Assembly: GCA_002269645.1 (NCBI GenBank)
Contig: NIVC01001982.1
Span: forward strand, 124,001 to 188,000
Length of the DNA: 64,000 nt
From: Macrostomum lignano
Taxonomy: Eukaryota
Reading direction: 5' to 3'
Below the pieces are notes generated by a model, which ran no database searches, had not been told where the DNA came from, and saw nothing but the letters and a program-made list of their open reading frames with translations. How positions within the stretch are numbered: position 1 is the stretch's first letter; every line of letters starts with the position of its first letter. A program made the translations under genes and the position numbers. Positions 61,063-64,000 of the stretch are shown in pieces.

Positions 61063-64000
61063 TATATTCAAATGAAATTCTAAGAAACAGTTAAAGAGTA
61101 AAAAAAGAAGTGCAATTAGGATAAACTTTAGTTAGCAAACAGGAGCAACACCTGTACAACTTGGTGGCATTTAGTGGGATTAAAATTGATAAAGTAGGAG
61201 GTAAAAGCCCTGTTATAATTTCTTTTTGTTTTTGTGGTAAATTTTAAAATTTAGGCTATATTGTACAAGTATATGACTCCTTAGCAATAGCCAATAAGTG
61301 CATGATTGTTCATTTATGATGCCAATACCCAATATAAAAAAATCAAAATAAATTAAATTGCAGTCATTAGGCCCTTAGCTAGGCCAAACTACTTTTATAT
61401 TTAATGCTAGGCCTAGGCCCCCTAATAGCCTTTTAACTAGGCCTAAGCCAAAGTTATTTTATATTCTAATCCAATGCAAAGTGGCTAGCACCAAAGTGTT
61501 TTGTATTCAAAATTCAATTTTGTATTCAAAGTGTTTTGTATAAAAAGATGCAGTTTGCACTATTCAATGCAAAACATTCAGAACTTTAGGTCTCTAAGGT
61601 TAAGTTGTATTATTTAAAAAACTTCCATTTTGTTAGTGCAAGAAAAATACTTTACAACCCTTTAGGCCATGTAAACATGTAAACATGGAAACATAACCTA
61701 AAGGGTTAAAAATTTAATTTTTAATTAAATTAAAAATGAAATGGTTACCCTTAGGTGATAATTAAGCAAAAGAGAGTAAAATTAACTTATCTACAGAGCA
61801 GAAAATTGCTATGGCAAGCTGTATAAAAATAGCACTTTGTATGACTATAAAACAAAAGCAAAGTCTATTACAAGTATACATCAGAGCTATAGCTCATTTC
61901 TCAGATAGTTTTGACTTTAAAATGTTTGTGCCTCATCCTCGCAGCAATGCATGGCATTCTCTCGCTGAGTCTGAGCAGATGTCATTGTGGTAGGTCACTT
62001 CTAAGGAACAGTTTCAATGAAATAAGATGGCATGTTTGGAAAGATACTTGGTATGGCATCAGAAGTCAACCAGCTAATGATTTTTTAGCTTCTCTGCTTG
62101 TCCATCTGTATATGAAAATGTGGAGTGCTTATGGATAGAGTTGGAGTCCTGAGAGTTTGTTACAAAGAACCTTTCCAAAAAATGCAGCAAGTAGATACAG
62201 TAGTTGTGCTTTGGATCACAGCGCAACTTCTCTATCTCTGTTGCTATCCACTTTTGGGGAATTGCAGAGATCTATTTTCCAGAAGCTCTGGCTATGTATA
62301 TATTCTTTTTCCAGTTAGAAAGCTATGAAATATAAGAGGTATTACAAAACTTCGCATATAAACTGCTCTAGCAAGAAATCAATAAGCAGCAGCATCATTT
62401 CATTCTATACTATTCCCCTAAACTCGTATAGCAGAGTGGGGTGGGGTGGGTGAGTGTCCCTTCCTGGGGAGTGCAGCAACCATACATACGCAACAGTCGG
62501 CCAATCCAGCCGACTGATTTGGCGGCCAACCGCCGCAGTTGCAAAAATGCCCACCCAAAAGAATACTAAAGTAGTAGTACTAAGTAGCTGACAAGGCATT
62601 TTGAATTAATAAGACAGTCATAGTTATTCCTGCCATTTACTCAAAATTGGGTTAATTTTGCATTAGGGTTTTTTTACATGTAAGTCGCATTTTTGGCCAA
62701 AAACTATGTTGCATTTTTGTTAAAACTAAGTCACATGGCCAACCGAATTTTGGAGGTTGCGCATGTATGGCAGCAACCATAGAGGCTTCCCTACCTAGAT
62801 ATTTGCTTTTTATTTAGGGTTCAAATCAAATACTAGAAATATGCAATGAATAGGCCTATTCCAACTTTGTGTCATATTTCTCTAATATTTTCATTGCTTA
62901 AAACAAAGGTAGTATTCATTAAAAATATTGTTTGATAGGGCTTATTGCTCTCGACTTTGGCTTGGGTTCATGGATATAAAAAGTAGGCCTAATTATGACT
63001 ATAGCTGAGCAGATAAAATTAAAGTTAATGTTACAGGGTTGATTTGCTTTCTGTTAAATTCCACCACTGTCACCAAAATGTTACAGGCTTCTTAGCACTC
63101 TATTGAAAATCACACTGCTACTACCAAATTGTTGTAGGGGATTCTGGGAGAATGTTCAATTCCAACTACTAAAAGGAGTAATCCTGAGGTTGCTCAGTCC
63201 AAGGGAAGGCTTTGCAATGGATTGGAGTTGCCTGGGAAATGGAACACACTAATGGGGAATTTCTTGTGACTAATAAGGAATGCTAGCATAGAGGTAATAC
63301 TTAGTAATAAGTAGACAAAATGTTTAATAGATCATTAGATAAGAAGGCAGTATGCCTAATAGATATGGGAGATTTCTATAGGGAAGGGTAGGGATGCTTG
63401 GGGGCAAAGACCAGACAGTATATCTGTAAAGAAGGTTAATGCTATAGACCTATGCAGACAGAATGTTTACAAAAGGAGGGAGGGAAGGAAAGGCAGGCGC
63501 CTGTTCTGCTAAAAAAGAGGGATAAGCAGTTGCTCGGGTTGGACTACATGTCCTTGGGAGGAATGGGAAAGGGAAATGTTGTATGCTTCTAACTGTACAA
63601 AGCTTTGTGGGAGAGGGAAGGCAAGATGCCTTTAAAATGACTAAGGCCAATTCAAATCTATTTTTCGAACAATGTTCACTTAAAACTGCAAAAGAGGTAT
63701 GCCAAGACTGAAGTCTAAATCTGGCAGGCAGAGGTGGAGTATGAGTTCTCCTTCATCTATTTTATTCACTTATATAGGATAAAGAATAAAAATGACATAT
63801 GTATTAAAACAAGTATTATTAGTATCAGACTTTATACAGCTATTAAAGATATTATTTATTACTAAAAACAGTACTAAAACATATTTAATAGGCACAAAAG
63901 AATTCTTTGACTTTCATGGATAGGAAAATATTTGTAATAATTAAGGTGGAGTATATTTGTAAAGCAATTATAAGGCATATGCAGAACTAAACAAGAATGA

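Noticed and set aside
63050-63760. Possible decayed retroelement coding sequence on the minus strand
   Set aside because: Purine/pyrimidine skew is suggestive, but I could not find a convincing RT, RNase H or endonuclease motif in any frame.

Overview
Eukaryotic, intron-containing, repeat-rich animal DNA. A cox1 NUMT read in the flatworm mitochondrial code and the general gene content suggest a flatworm, possibly Macrostomum (inference). Host genes, reconstructed with GT-AG exon joins checked by hand: an ankyrin-repeat + cGAS-like (Mab-21/cGLR) nucleotidyltransferase fusion with two in-frame stops, a vWA + DUF4537-like (VWA3B-like) gene, a Shaker-type Kv channel with two S4 Arg-to-His changes, a polypeptide GalNAc-transferase (GT27), and three tandem secreted PAN/apple + LamG-like genes whose middle copy is a pseudogene. 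Mobile DNA: a Neptune-type Penelope-like element (PLE) set between two (GATA)n arrays, with an SGNH-like ORF1, a candidate -1 frameshift signal into RT/GIY-YIG and a 3' hammerhead ribozyme; a decayed Polinton/adintovirus capsid module; a rearranged nest of Ty3/Gypsy pieces; pogo and Tc1 relics; a SAP-domain ORF1-like gene at the left edge; MITE-like inverted repeats; and many mini/microsatellites. Many long ORFs in the supplied track are artefacts of these repeats. All family assignments come from recognising motifs by eye; no database searches were run.
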